Positions 39,085 to 53,065 of a stretch of DNA of 64,000 bases are shown here, in pieces. Made by a program: the position numbers and the translations under genes. The DNA lies in contig NC_087436.1 of NCBI RefSeq assembly GCF_036321535.1, positions 56,546,001-56,610,000 on the forward strand. The letters run 5' to 3'. Numbering within the stretch: position 1 is the first letter of the stretch; every line of letters begins with the position of its first letter. The stretch comes from Camelus dromedarius. Its lineage: Eukaryota. Under the pieces are notes generated by a model. The model had not been told where the DNA came from. It searched no databases and saw only the letters and a list, made by a program, of their open reading frames with translations.

Positions 39085-39664
39085 ACATCTCTCTGGTTCC
39101 CTTTTATACCTTTGCATCAGAATTACTCTAGATTTTAATTATGTAATTTCAACTGCCATGAGTGTATTTTTACGGCACAGTAAGAGTTTTAGAAGTGGAG
39201 TTAAGAGTTAGTAAATATTCATTCTTCAATTGCCAATTGTTCACAACTATGAGAGAGAGAGAGAGAACTCTGCATTTATTTTAACAAGCAACTCAGACAT
39301 GTGCTTTGGGTGAGGGGTTACCTCATTAGCAATAAGCGCAGACATGCAGACACTCCCCTACACAGAACCTCTTTCAGCAACATCAGAAAGAGAATGCTTT
39401 TTGCATGTGTCACTTCTCAGGTCCAAGCCTCTAGCACGCTTCTTGTTATATGCAATTAGCTGCATGCCAAGATTTAGTACATTTCATAATAAATCCCTTG
39501 ACCGCATTAACTGCAGGCTTGGCAAAGACGGAAAGGCTCTATTCACGAAGGCAGAAAACAAGCCACAGGACTTACCCCCCTAGCAAAACTCACTTGCTGG
39601 GTGCCAACACACTACAAATTTCAACAGCCTGCCATGCCCTCCCTTCGCCCCTCCTCCTCTATTT

Positions 39665-39692
39665 GGGGTGGGGTGGGGTGGGGTGGGGGTGG
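39665..39692 (+). repeat. (GGGGT)n repeat, canonical G-quadruplex motif
   Basis: ggggtggggtggggtggggtgggggtgg: five G>=4 tracts with 1-nt loops. Confidence 0.9.
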
Positions 39693-42429
39693 CAGAAACA
39701 TACAACCTGCCACATGACTGTGATTGAATCGTATATAAGGGTGAAAAATGCTACAATAAATTTGGTTTGTTTACTTCTTCCTCCTCCTAAATCTTCTTAC
39801 TAGCTTGTTGCCTTGACTAACCCTCTGAACCCACCCGCCCTACAGAAACCTAAAATCACTTCACAGATGAGATCCAGAGTTTACCCTCATTTAAACAGTA
39901 ACCATCTGTTGCTTACAGGAAGGCTGTGGCTCCTTCTCAGGTTTCCCGTTTTGGAACCTGGGGGCTGCAGTACATTATGGCTACTCTGTATGGGACAGCT
40001 CTTTGCAGGACAGCAGCATCAGTGAAAAAAAACTGGGGGAGGCTCAGAACTAGTAAGAACTTCCTCTGTTCACATCAGAATCAAGAGTAAAACCTTTTGG
40101 TTTTTTTTTTTTTTTCAATGACCACTTTTTGTACTTAAAGAATCAGAATTTTAGCACCCCAGAGTAGAACATGCATGCACTTTAAAGCTGCAGACACCTA
40201 ACTTTCGATCTTAACTTGTTTTCCCTGTACTAATTTGAGCCTCAGTTTCATCTGGGAAACAGAGATAATACAGAGTTGTCACAGGGCTTAAGACATGTTT
40301 GGCTCGTAAAATGCTTATCATGTATAATATATTCAGAATTTATCAAATATCTTATAGCATTATGATGGAAAAATACTTTAACCACAGGCAAATTAAGATA
40401 AAAATATAGGAAGGCAAGGGATAAAATACATTTGTTAAAACTCTAGTAAGTTCACTTTTGGATAACATGTTTGGAACATCACCATTGTACTACTTGACAA
40501 TAAAAATTCATTGGGGGGGGCGGGGTCTCTCTTAGATTCCACACAAGAGATTTCTGGTGCTGACATATTAAAAGGATTTCATTATAAATTTCTCTCTTAT
40601 TCTTTGAGGTTCCCATATACACTTAAAATAAGGGGAAAAAAAAGGCTGCTGAAGTCTTTTTTTTTTTTAACTATCCCTCTTTCAACTTAGTATTAAAGTA
40701 TACTATAAAATGTAGAATATTTTAATACTGGTGAAAAGTCGATTTTGCAGTGTAAGAAACAATGGAATATATGGTTTCCCCAGCAATCTATCATTAATAG
40801 ATTTTCTGACAATAAAAGACAATAAAATAATGCAATCCAAGGTAAGCAACTTTATAACAAAACATTTGAAATTGGGACTAGCCCAGAAATTTCAGTTCAC
40901 TGGCCACATTACAAACACAAATTTCCAGTTAGCCTTCCTCTGTCTCCATCTCAGCTTTATCACTTTCCACTTTTGGACCAAGTTACTACTTCATCCCACT
41001 ATCCTTTAGTTTCCTTATCTGTAACATGATTAATGGAACCTACCTCATATAATTATGAAAAAATTAATGTTTACAAGGTGCTTCCAACAAAAAGTGCATG
41101 GTATCATCAACTATTGTTATTGTTTATGCTTTTATAAGTGAACATACAGTTGTAACTATTTGCATTTGCCTAACACAGCAAATTTTCCTGCCTCTGTGCC
41201 TTTAGTGAGAGAACTTTACCTAACGTGATCTTCTTCCCCATTTTTGCCTGTCAAAAATCTCCCCTATTCTCTGAAACCCAGATCCAAAAATCACCACCTT
41301 CAAGAAAGCCTTCCTCAATCTGCCCACTTGTAATTTCTCCTCCCTGGTACCACCATCACATTGTGTAAAAGAACAACAGATACACAAAATATTCTTAATT
41401 GTACACATATAGAAGGTGCAAATGAAAGAGGAGGAAAGAAAAAAGCTAAGCAGAGATGACGAGATGAGACAGTAAAAGAACAAGAAGAATACAGACCAAA
41501 GCATGAAAAGTGCTCATCTGAGTGACAAGTAGTATTTATTTTATTTTTTTATGTATTCTGTGCTTTTTAAATGGTCTAAAATAAACAAGCCTAACTCGAG
41601 TAGTTTAAAACAGTTACTTTTTTTTTTTTTTTTAACAAATATAAACAAGACAACCAGCCATCTCACTACTATCCCAAAGTTGGTACAAGGGATTCTAGAG
41701 CAGAAAGCATCTTAGAAAAGCTCTGTTCAGGTGAAGGGCCTCATCTATGAAGAGCAGTTGCAATATCTTATTTAAAAACTGTCATAGAGTATAAATAATA
41801 AAATGATACAAAGTACTTGTAAACTACAGAAATAAGATAAATGAAAATCATTGCTCGGATTTTAACTGTACTCAGTACCTACTGTGAGCAGTCTATGCAA
41901 CAGGATTTGCATTATCCAGGCCACAAGGTATAGAGGAAAAACAGCACAGGGTCTGGAGAGCTTCGGCCTGATAGGAAGATCCTGCTCCCTCCACAAGCAC
42001 AGAAATATTAAATTAGATGTGAGTATTTTCCAAGACTGCTTGATCAATTCTGCCACTGTAATCATACAGTGATTACATATGATCATAATTACCCACCTCT
42101 GCTGGGAGTTTCTCCAAGGCAAGGAAGAGTTTTTCATCTCTGTACACCCAGTATTTTGCACAGAATGGGAAAACAAAGTTTGCTGAACTGAGCACCAGCA
42201 CTGGTAAATTAAATTTTTTTTCAGTTTTTTTTTTTTTTAAACCCAACAAAGATGAAGATTCATGCCCCACCATTCTACAAACTAAGTGTATATGCTCCTG
42301 GTCTTCTCTCTGTAAACTGATCATTTCTCTCTCCTTCAAAGTTCCTAACATGTCTTGTTTTCATTAGGAAATGCTCCTTTTAATGCATAGTGATCAGAAA
42401 TTGCTACTTGTCGTATTTCTACTTCATAA

Positions 42430-45400
42430 AATTGTTTTCTTTGTGAATGAGGTGTGATAAATTTTTGCAAATGTGCAATAGGCACTTAAAAAGAATGTGT
42501 AATCTCTGTCAGGGTGTAGAGTTTACATACATAACATCTCTAAGACCCACCCTACTGATTACCTTGTTTATATCTTCTTTCCCTTTACTAATCTTCTGTC
42601 CACCTGATCTGTCCTGTGCTGAGTGTCATGTTATTAAAGTCACCTATTTAGTGGGTTGCCATCTGTCTTCTTCCATCTCCTGCAGTTTTTGTTTCATAAA
42701 AGTTGTTGCTGGGTTATTTGGAACATACATACTCAAAAACATTATAGCTTCACTGTGGACCATGGCTTTTAGTATTAAAAGTGTTCGTCTCTGTGATGCT
42801 TAATGCTTTGAAGCTTGTATTCCACTTTGATACCAGGACCCTTGCTTTCTTTCTATGCCCTTTTGCCTGATATACTTATGTCCACTCCTTTATTATTGGC
42901 TTCTTTGAATCATCTTGTTTTAGACGTGTCTGTAATAAACTAGCATATAGTTTGTATTATGTGTCAGAATGACCATCTTTTTCTTTTAACTGGGTGACTT
43001 AACCCTATTTACATGCATTATGTCTGACACATTTGGTCTCAACTGCATCAGTGTTGTGTATTTATGTGTAATTTATTATATTTGCTGTTTGCTCTTTATT
43101 TTTCAAAGATTTGGGGTAGTAGAAAGGACAGTATTTTTATTTCATTGAGGATAACAATAAGAGTAATAACATTAATAACATATCAACACTGTTGCCCTGC
43201 TTTCCTCGTATACTGGTTTTGAAAAGTCTGATGCTAGTCTAAGTATTCTTTGTTCTTTGCCTTTTAGCCTTAAGGCTTTTATCACTCTCTCTGAAACACG
43301 CTAAATCTCAGAGTTGATTGTTCAGGGTTAATTTTCCCTTGTAAGCACTTTCAATGTGTAGAGATTCAGGATTTCTTCTATTTCTGAGATGTTTTCTTGG
43401 ATTATAGTTTTAAAAATTAATTCTGAACATTTTTTCTTCAGAGAGTTAAATAATGCAAATATAATTCCTTCATATATTATTGCCTACCTTCCATTTCCAA
43501 TCATTTCTATTTTGCTGCTTTATGCCATCTGTATTATCTTCGAAGTTCTCCTATCTTTCCTTAACGTTTCTTACTTACCTTTGGGTCTGTTATTATGTTA
43601 TTCCTTGGGTGCCTTTTAATTTTTCTTTATTTTTGAAGTAATTTTGTCTTTTTCCTTTCATTTATTTCCTGAGATAAATATGTGTACTATTTTTCACTTT
43701 TCATTGTTTTTTCAATTTGTTTTTGGTTTTCAAATTTCTGATTAAAGGTAAGTTTTCATATACTTAAATGCTTTACGTTGAATTCTGTTTGGAGTCAGCA
43801 CAGTTTTTTCTTCTAGTTCTTGGTTGTTTTTCAGGGTAGGGGACATATTTTCCTCCAGCTCACTGTTGATTTATGTGAAAATTCATTTCCTGATTTTCTT
43901 CAGTGTATCTATATGAATTTTATTTTTCTTTTGTTCATTTTGTGATACTGGAATATTTTTGGTGCTCTTCTGTCAGTCTGACAAAGTCCAGGTACTTCAG
44001 CTGGTTTGCTTGGTTCATTTCTTTGTTTATTTGATTTGGAGGTGGGAAGGGCTGTGCGTCCTCTAAGACTGTAGTTCTCCTTTATACCTCCTTTCCTGTT
44101 TTCCTCTTCACCATCCAACTGCCAAAGAATCCTGCATTTCCTTCTGACCATTTTTCCCTCTCTGAAAAGCTATGATCCATAAGACTGTCCCATCAAATTG
44201 TTAAATAATGCACTTTAAAATCCTTTTCTCATAGGCCCAGTTACTCTTTTAGTGTCTTCAGATTCCGTTTGTATTTCATCTTTGGGGTGGTCTCTCCAAC
44301 TCCTCCTCAAGGCCCCTAGAAAGCACCCCTCGTTTTCCTAAGTCTGCATTTGTCATGAGCTCTGCCATGTGTGTGATAGGGGACGAACAGGAATGTATGG
44401 GGCTGCAGCGCTCATTGTCATTCTGCAATCTTTGAATCCCTTGTCTTCAAGTAACGCTGCTCATGTACTTTTTGCACAGAAATTCAGTAGTCGTGAAATT
44501 TATGTCATATCTGGAGAGGAGGTTTGGGGAGGCTACTTAGCGTACTACCCTCCACTGTCTTCAGCTACCTGGAAGGTCTATGGTGATTTATTAAAATGTT
44601 TTCCATTACTTTGGGAAAAATGTGTATTCAACAAATTTGTAGCACAGTACAATATATATACATACAATATAGAGCCATAATATCAAATGTAATGTTTACG
44701 TGGCTCCATTGTTATATTGCTTATTGATTTGGGACCTGCTTGGTCGAGCAACAAGGAAGAGCATTACATTCAAACCTCCTACTGAAAGAGTCCACTTGTC
44801 AACACCTACTTATAATTCAGTTAATTTTACGTTAATAAAAAAATTTAAGCCATCCTTTTAGATACACATAAGAATTGTATCTTTCAGGATATTATGCTTC
44901 TTCATCTTAGAATGTTATCTCTTCTCATGCTCTCTCTCCCCAAGCTTATTAATTATTGTTATTATCTGGCTGATACATATATCTCACTTTTTACTTTCAG
45001 CCGTTTTTAAACTTATATTCTAGGCATGATACTTGTAACCAGCATATAGCTGGATTTTTCTCAGTGTCATTAGAAAGTCCTTATGAACTATAAAAAGCTC
45101 AGTACATTTACGTTTATTGTGATTGCTGATATATTTGGACTTATTTGTATCATTTTATTTTCCTCATTTTTACTAAGCTTCCTTCTATAGGGGAATTTTT
45201 GGTCCAAGTATGTCCTTTCATGAGAATGCCATATTTCCAGGGTTGGGTCACCAAGGCTGTCAGATTTAGAGCTCTCTTTCTTATTTTTCTGGATTCATGT
45301 TTTCTTATTTTTGGCCTCTGAAGATTCCTCTCAGTATCTTTGCCAGCTTAAAGTAACGCACTTAAAAATTATATTTAACATTAAATTGTGATTTTTATAT

Positions 45401-45440
45401 TATGCATTTTCAAAATCCTGAAATTTTTTCAAAATATTTA
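42430..45440 (-). mobile_element. Ancient L1 (L1M/L1ME) remnants including ORF2 endonuclease region and upstream ORF1/5' sequence
   Basis: Minus-strand translation of ~42450-42790 gives degraded L1 EN motifs: MYVPNNPATTFMKQKLQEM, GDFNN, LHPDRDYTFFLSAYCTFAKIYH. T-rich antisense ORF1-like sequence follows (gaaaagtctgatgctagtct). It may be more than one insertion. Confidence 0.7.
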
Positions 45441-45831
45441 TTCTACCATAATGTGAAAAATCGAAGTCAAGTGGTCAAGTGTTCTTTTCCTATGTTAATT
45501 TAACATTTCCTTCAAAAACATTAGGACAGTCAGACAGTTTGGCAAAATGTCTTTATACTAGTTTCTTCTCTGGTAATAAATGTGTTAGCTCTAATAGTTT
45601 CAGCTAAAAAACAAAGGTAACTGTGTATTTCCTTATGTTTTTAAAAACAAATTGGAATAGAAAAATGTTCAAACTTCACTATTCTTTGCAAATTCTTAAG
45701 AATTGGCAAATGCATTTGTCAGATCCTTCCAAACATTGATAATGATGATTTTCTAAATAAAAATGCAACATATTCAGTTGTTTGAAATTGAGTCTTTTTT
45801 TCAGTAACTGGATGAAAAAGGCAGAAATAGA

Positions 45832-46353
45832 TCTATTAGCAACTGCTACAAAAATTAACTACCCTACAACTCAGCAGCTCCAAACATTAACTGTTGCTCA
45901 TGAACCTATAGGTCAGCTGGAAGATTTTTCACATCTCAAGTGGGCTCACTCAAGATTGTGTGGTGAGGTTCAGGTGAGGCAGGTAGCTCATCACTGCTGG
46001 GTTCTTCTATGTTTCAGGGTCAGCTGGCTAACGGCTGGTCTCAAGTCTAACACAACTTAGCTGTCGTCCACGTGGCTGCTCTTCTTCCACCAGGCTAGCC
46101 TGTCCTTGTCCTCATGGTAGTGGCGTGCTTCCAAGAGGGAACAGAAGCAAGTTGGGGGTCTTGAGACTAAGGCTGAGAACGGGGCACCCTTACTTCTGCC
46201 ACATTCTATTGAATAAACCTAATTACAAGGCCAGCAGATTCAAGACAGAGAAATAGACTACATCTTAACAGGAAGAGCAGTAAAGTCACACTGCAGAGAA
46301 TATAGATACAAGAAAGAAACAACTGGGGCTATTTTTGCAATTGATAAATCACA
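45832..46353 (-). mobile_element. MLT1H-like MaLR solo LTR
   Basis: ttgctcatgaacctataggtcagctgg...ccaccaggctagcctgtccttgtcctcatgg...acttctgccacattctattg...aaggccagcagattcaaga...ggggctatttttgcaa. Confidence 0.8.
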
Positions 46354-48214
46354 ATCTGTAAATGTGAAATTTAAGTTTACAGTTGATATTTTCATGAGAT
46401 TTTATATTATTAGTGTCTAGAAATTCTTTAACACCTAAAGAAGATTATATAAAATTTCTGATATCACCCTCGAGTGATCACAACTCTTCTCTGAATTGGG
46501 GGCAATGAAAATATATTATAGGCTTTTAATTAAGGGAGTTATCTTAGTTTTGAATCCTTGGAGGATCACTCTGGCTTCATTGTGGAAAGACTGACATTGA
46601 CCAGACTAGAGCCAGAAAAATTCTTTTAGTAGATTATACGTTATTAGTTACAGCAGTACCCTAGATCAGGGTATGATGGTGGAGATGCACAGGAATAGGC
46701 AGATTTGGGGGAAAGTTAGGGGGCAAAACTGACTATACTACTAAACGTGTTTTTAACAAACCTACTACGTGCCAAATACTCTGGTAGGTTCTGAGGATTC
46801 AATAGTTCCTCTACTCATGGAATTTTCAGCTTAATGAAAAACAGACCTGGATCAAGAGTATCACATGTTCCTCAAACTATGAAAAATCATTTGTTTTTTT
46901 CCTGTAGTAGCTTAACTACAAAGTATCCAATTTACTAGTATATCTTTAGTCCTACAAAGGGAGTAGGACAGGGGTCACAGACATCTGCCTTTGCCCATGT
47001 TTGTTAAACTATCAGTATTTTTCCTACAATGTGAATGTAAATGCTTTAGCTAGAGCAATTATTTTCTATCTTGTCATAGAACCTATTACTCTCTATAGTC
47101 CTGCCCTCAATCCACTCTACTGCCAAATCAACCCTCAAGGCATTCAAATTTTCAGCCTCTCAAACTCTGTATTAAAAAAATAATCAAATTAAAACTTGGC
47201 AAAATCATTACAATGAAGCAAAAATAATTTACAAAGAAAAAAGCTAAATTCCATATTCTGCATCTTAAATTTCCTATACTTCATATATAATGACCGTACC
47301 ACAATAAAGAACTCTCCAACTAGAAACCATCCTTCAAGTATATTAGATGAAAATTTATAAAATATATTACATTATGAAAAGTATTCCCCTTGGATAAAAA
47401 TTAAATTAGTAAGTTGTTTAATGTTTTACGTGAACAATCTCAACTACTTCATGAAAACAGAAGAGAAGTGTAAATAACAAATAAATGAGCATGTGTATTA
47501 GTAGTGAGTAAAAAGTCTTGGGGAATGAGCTATCACATTAATATTTGATAAGTAGCAGAAACAGAAAATATAAGACCACCTAGAATGTCAATGTGATGGA
47601 ATGCAAAAACACTTTCCATCTTGTTTTCTGAACACAGACTCCAAGGAGACTGTGAAGTTATGGGCCAGAAAATGTACACACAGACAAATCTGGCATGCAG
47701 TATCAGAGTTTGTACACTGTGCCTCAAAAAAGCCACCTCAGATTCACAATCATCTTATGAAAGAGCGAGCTCTGGACGGGAATCCTCACCAGTGGAAGAG
47801 GGGAGGAGAATTCTTAGAACTCTTAAGTTTGCAGGCCTAGTTTTCTGTGAGACGCTGCCAGGAAGGAGAGACGAGTAGAAAGATTCTTGCACTGAGAATC
47901 AAGTCAGCCTAAAAACCTTAGGGTAACTTGAAGTTAAGGGTGGAAAAGGGGAAGGAGAAGAAGGGCCCACTGTGTCTTATAATTTTGCCTGGTGCCAATT
48001 CTGATTCTACATACAATCAACTTTGTAGGCAAGGAATTATTCATTTAATTTGCATGCCAACAAAATCAGAGAGTGATAACATTTTAAACTTACTAATTTC
48101 TACATTTCCAATGATGATATACGTTAAATTCCCTTTACAAAAATCATTTTACTTCTATCTCACGATCCTCAAGGAGGTCTGAAGAAACCTCCTTGAAAAC
48201 TAAACACTGTATCT

Positions 48215-48455
48215 TTTAAAAGTACCGTAAGGCAGCCTGACCTAATTTCAACTTCAAATATCCACTCTACCAAGTCTAGCCAGGTTATCTGGACCAGGTG
48301 AATCAAGCCTCTGCTTCTGATTGTTCTCATCTGTAAAAAGAATAGATCATAATATCTTCTGTCCTTTAAAGAGTTGTTCACAAGATAAATGAAACAATGT
48401 ACATTGAGTGTTTGGCATAGTACCTGGCAAGTAGAAGGCAATTTTAACAGATACC
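48215..48455 (+). mobile_element. MIR SINE
   Basis: ttctcatctgtaaaaagaatagatcataata...gagttgttcacaagataaatgaaacaatg..ttggcatagtacctggcaagtag. Confidence 0.8.
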
Positions 48456-49049
48456 AACAATGGAGGGAAAAGGCCAATCTCCAGCTAAGTCTATGTGTAT
48501 CTCCACTCCCACTCCCAACTCCCAAGCTAAACTCTGATGAGGGGAACAATGTTTCATATTTCCAACATAAGGCAGGACTGTACCTGTTTCCATATAAAAA
48601 CACTGATCTGGTGATAGAACAGTTCTTGCTCCCTGGAATAGAAAAGACACAAAAGAATATCCACAGGTTATTAAAAAAAAAAAAAAAAAAACTTCCTCTA
48701 AGGAAAGGACAACAAAAATTTAATAATCAAAGAATCCACAGAAAGATGTCCTCCTCCCCAGCCTTTCAAAGGAGAAAGAATAGAACGGGACAGAAACATA
48801 GGAGACTTTTTCAAATAAGTAGTTCCAAACTTGGCTATCCATTAGGTTTACATGACTCTAAAGAAAAAACCCCACAGTCCTGAGTCCAGAACTCAGAATT
48901 TGGAATCAATCTTCTAGAGAAGGAAATCAGCATTTTTCAAAACCTCACGAACTTGGTGAGGTCAACAGCCAGGTCCAGACACTGTCTTACCCTTGAGAGT
49001 TTTTCGTTTCACTTACAAACTACTCCAGGAGACCTCAGGCTATTTTACA

Positions 49050-49660
49050 AAGATTATAGTTAGAGCTGGAAGGGACCACAGCCATCCACTGGGGTGAAAT
49101 CAGTGGCCTTATTTTACAGCTGAAGAAAAGGAGGCCTCGAGAGTTTAAAACATTTGCCTAAGCCTAGAACTTGAACCCAGCCCCTTTCGTTGCCAAATTC
49201 TTGTGTTGCATCATTTTCACCCTCAAACCTTTAAAAGAAAAAGAGTGGTTTTCTATCTTTGAAAGTTGATTAAAATACCATTTTTTACTTCTTGTATTGA
49301 GGGCAAATTCGCCGCTCTGCCTTGAATGTATAGAGACAATCATGATTCAGGAAGTACTCTCTGAAATTCTGCCAGTTTGTGAATGAGAACCAATCAAATA
49401 TGCAGTCAGTGTTTAGCTGTTTCAAGAAGGGCTCTCCTGCTAGGAAAAGCTGTTTCCTAGCAAGAGCCATATGACCAGTTTAAATGCCAGTTTTACCATT
49501 TACTTGCTGGGTTATCTCAGACAGATAACTTAATTCCTCTATATCTTAGTTTTTTCATCTACCAAATAAGCTACTAGCAGCAATTACCTTCTCAGATTGC
49601 TATCAAAAGTGAATGACAGAACGGGTCCAGAAAGATAGTACACACCCTATTAATAGTATT
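49050..49660. mobile_element. Two MIR fragments (minus ~49050-49190, plus ~49470-49660)
   Basis: ttagagctggaagggacc..attttacagctgaagaaaaggaggc; ccatttacttgctgggttatctcagacagataacttaa..ttttcatctac. Confidence 0.65.
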
Positions 49661-49750
49661 ATCATCAAAATGGCCATTTGGGGGCTTTCTTTCTAAATCT
49701 GGAAATTAGAAGAAATTATTTTTTAAAAATTCATTAGATCTGAATATACA

Positions 49751-49810
49751 ACGTGAAAACTTTACACTTCAATAAATTCAATGTGAAATCTCTATACTTC
49801 AATAAATTCA
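49751..49810. repeat. Tandem duplication, 2 x 30 bp, 4 mismatches
   Basis: acgtgaaaactttacacttcaataaattca / atgtgaaatctctatacttcaataaattca. Confidence 0.9.
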
Positions 49811-49829
49811 CTTAAATTGAAGGTAAGCA

Positions 49830-50280
49830 GCAAAATAAAAATGTGACATATAAAAATATGACGTAAGAGCCAAAAAATTCAATAATTTAATTACATAAGG
49901 ATCCCATACAAATTAGTAATAAACTAAAACTGCAACAGATAAATTGGAAAACACGTGAACAGGAAAATCACAAAATATACAAATGTCTATCAAAATAAAT
50001 ATATCAAAAGTAAAAAAAAAGTGAAACCTCAGAAGGGATAAAAGACTAGCATATTAAAACAACTGAATACAAATTTCCCATCTAATTTGCAAAGATTTTC
50101 ATAATACTTCTAACCAATAAAACCAGTCCCCTCAAACTTCTGAAACAAACATCAATTATACAGCAATCCAAAAAGAAATTCTGCAATACATTTTAAAAGC
50201 CCTTAAAAATGTTCCCATTTCTTGATCTAGTTATTCTACTGTCAGGAATATATTCTAGAGATACACTCTAACACAATACA
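49830..50280 (+). mobile_element. Ancient L1ME-type fragment
   Basis: acagataaattggaaaacacgtgaacaggaaaatcacaaaa...cttaaaaatgttcccatttcttgatctagttattctactgtcaggaatatattctagaga. Confidence 0.55.
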
Positions 50281-50646
50281 ACAGAAGAGTGCACAGCCTT
50301 TACTTAAAATTCTTTTTTAGAGGACCAGTAACAACAGAGGCAACATGACTCCAAGTTAAAGAGGGGAGGCCGACAGATGGAGGGAGAACGTAGAAACGCT
50401 AACACTGAGGTGAAGAATTCCTATTACCTCCGCTATCTCCACAATAAGCATAATTATTTTCACTAATAAAATTGTCACCAATAAAATGTTTCAAATGTCC
50501 TAATATTACATTTCTAGACAATATGTTAAAGAAAATTCAACACAGTTGATAGCTGATGTCTCTGGAAAAAAATACATGCCTATCAGTTTCTATATTCAGT
50601 TCCCTCAAGCTCACTGTTTTAAGAATATAGTGAAAATTTTAACTTA

Positions 50647-51300
50647 CAGGCTGAGCACTCCCATTGTTCATGGCAATATGTTCACAAAGCCTTGTGTTAG
50701 AAACCTTACATCCTGGGGGGTGGGACTGAGATTAGTCCGGTTGTCGGGATTACTCCTACAATTCATCCCTAGGGAAAGGAGCTGCAGGTACCCTCTTCCC
50801 CAGCAGAATTGTGGGGGCCTAGTCCACAGGCTGAGGTTCTCCCTCTTTTCTGATTTACTCTGGTTCACTGACTAGCAGGAAATCCCAATTCTGAAGCCAG
50901 TACATCTGGCTAGGTCTCTAACCCCATCCAAAGTCCAAGTAAAAGACCCTTCCCTCTCTTTCCTTTGGGGTTAAACTCTGAGCCCATCAAAAACTGGGAG
51001 CAAGACTCAAACATGGATGGAAGCGTTTTCCCAACTCCTCACCCTGGTACTGCAGGGGTTTCCGACGCTCTCCTCCAATGCCCCAGATGCCATCCTTTGG
51101 AAAGAAAACAGCAGCCAGATTAAGACCTACTGCTTCCGCCCGCTCTCACACCACCTCTCCCCATGAGGGAGAGTCCATGATTCTGATGCCCAAGACAACG
51201 TGTGGTTTTCAGTCCAATGACATAATGTGGTGGCTATGGACGTTACCACGTAGAAAACTTAACCTCAAAATAATTAACCCAGGGAAAAAAAATTAAGTTG
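50647..51300. mobile_element. Probable old Tigger-family element (Tigger12-like)
   Basis: TA-flanked (ta|caggctgagcactcccattgttcatggcaatatgttcacaaagccttgtg ... aacctcaaaataattaacccagggaaaaaaaattaagttg|ta), with a GC-richer interior than its flanks. The TIRs are very degenerate. Confidence 0.45.
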
Positions 51301-52814
51301 TATTGATAGCCCAAAAAACAGTAATATTTCTAAACTGTATTATTTATTCTTATTTAAAATTTTCCTGTTATCTTTTAAAATGGTCATTTTTAAGCCAACA
51401 ATGGAATCCTATAAAAATATGGATTAAGTAACTTTCAGAAAACCTCATTGAGTGTATTTAGCAATGATGTAAATATAAAAAATTTTCAAAGAGTTCACTG
51501 TAGTACATTAAAGTCAAATACATTTAAAAGTATAACTTATTCTCCATACTGCTCATTTGTTACTAGAGAAGATACAAGAAAATAAAGCACATCTTTCCAT
51601 CATTATTATGAACTAGTTCACCCTGCAATGTTCACAAAGAACGAGTGTCAATCAACTCCACAATCTCATCTTTTTTTTTTTTTCTTCTTACAGAAAATGA
51701 ACTGGCTCAATCTCACTGAAGCACCTGGTGAAAAATTCTTATTCTCTTTTCAAGTTGCATTAAGAATTCACCTATTCTCTAATTACCAAGAACAAATTAA
51801 GCACCTCTCTAAATTGACTTACAAATTATCTGACATCCAGATCCTTAAGACTTGTTAATTCATATCCATTGTTCTTTTTCTTCATCTAACATCTTCTGTC
51901 TCATGCTAAAAAGGTGTCTGTTCACCTTAGGCGTAGCCGGTTGTCAATCAAGAGATTTAGATGTGAAAGCTAACAGAGCCTCCTTATTTCTTCCGTCCTA
52001 GGTCTCTAATCCAGGTTGCTGCCACTAGGTGGACGGTGCCACCTTTCATCACAGAAGAGTAGAAAGAAGGGTACGTGGTTTCTAAAGAGTTTAAGGAAAC
52101 TATAAAAATATAGCCATTAAACAATGACTGGCATCCAAGAGCCTTTAAATAGACATATAATACAGAATACCCTTGAGAATAACATAGCTCTTGTGTGCAC
52201 ATCTCCCTGGTCTCCTACACTCTACTCAGAAGATTTTCTGACCAACGTGTCCTGCCTCTACAACAGTCACATTGTTAACGTGAACTTGTTCACTCCAACA
52301 GTATTTGATTCAGGTTCTTAAATATTTCATTTTCAAGGAAACATGCAGTTATTTCCTCTCATACAATTTGCCATTAATCTTTTAATGTTTTGTGCAAATA
52401 TTCCAGGAATCATGAAATAATGAAGCCAGTATTTTCCAGAAAAATTTGTTAAAAGTAAGTAAGAAGAGATGATTAAATAACTAACCAAAAGGTGAAAGTT
52501 ACATTCTCTCTTACTGAATATTATCTTCACCTTTCATTACAGTAATTTAAATTTTTAAAAACATGAACACAACTGTGAAGATTAGAGGAGAGTCATTACA
52601 TTGGTGTTTTCACAGAAACACTATTTACACATTTGTTTTTGACTGAAAACAAATTAGGTGTCAAAAACTGAGAGATAGTTGTAAAATACATAATTTTACT
52701 TAAAGGTAGGATATGACGAAAAATTTGAGTTTGCAGCTGAAGCTGTCAGTTGATGTATGATAATCAAGGGTCAGTCATAGGGTAATTACTCTAATAGTGT
52801 TGTAGGTTTTCAAT

Positions 52815-53065
52815 ATAATTTTAGCAGTAAAGACCATGAGGCTGTCATTTAATCCCAGCTCTTCCACTTACTAGCCATGTAATCCTGGACAGATTTCTTA
52901 ACCTTCCAGTGCTCAGGTTTTATCATCTTTAAAATAAGAATACTAACAGAATAGTCCCCACAGAGTTGCTGTAAAGAACACTGAAAAAAATATATATATA
53001 CATATATAAATTGAATACATATGAAGTATTTCTAACATGGTCTGAACACTGAAGCACATTATAAA
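52815..53065 (+). mobile_element. MIR SINE
   Basis: tttaatcccagctcttccacttactagccatgtaatcctggacagatttcttaaccttcc. Confidence 0.85.

Noticed and set aside
48169..48883. Longest ORFs in the window (144 and 164 aa)
   Set aside because: They overlap a MIR and run through a poly(A) tract giving poly-Lys, with no domain or exon structure.
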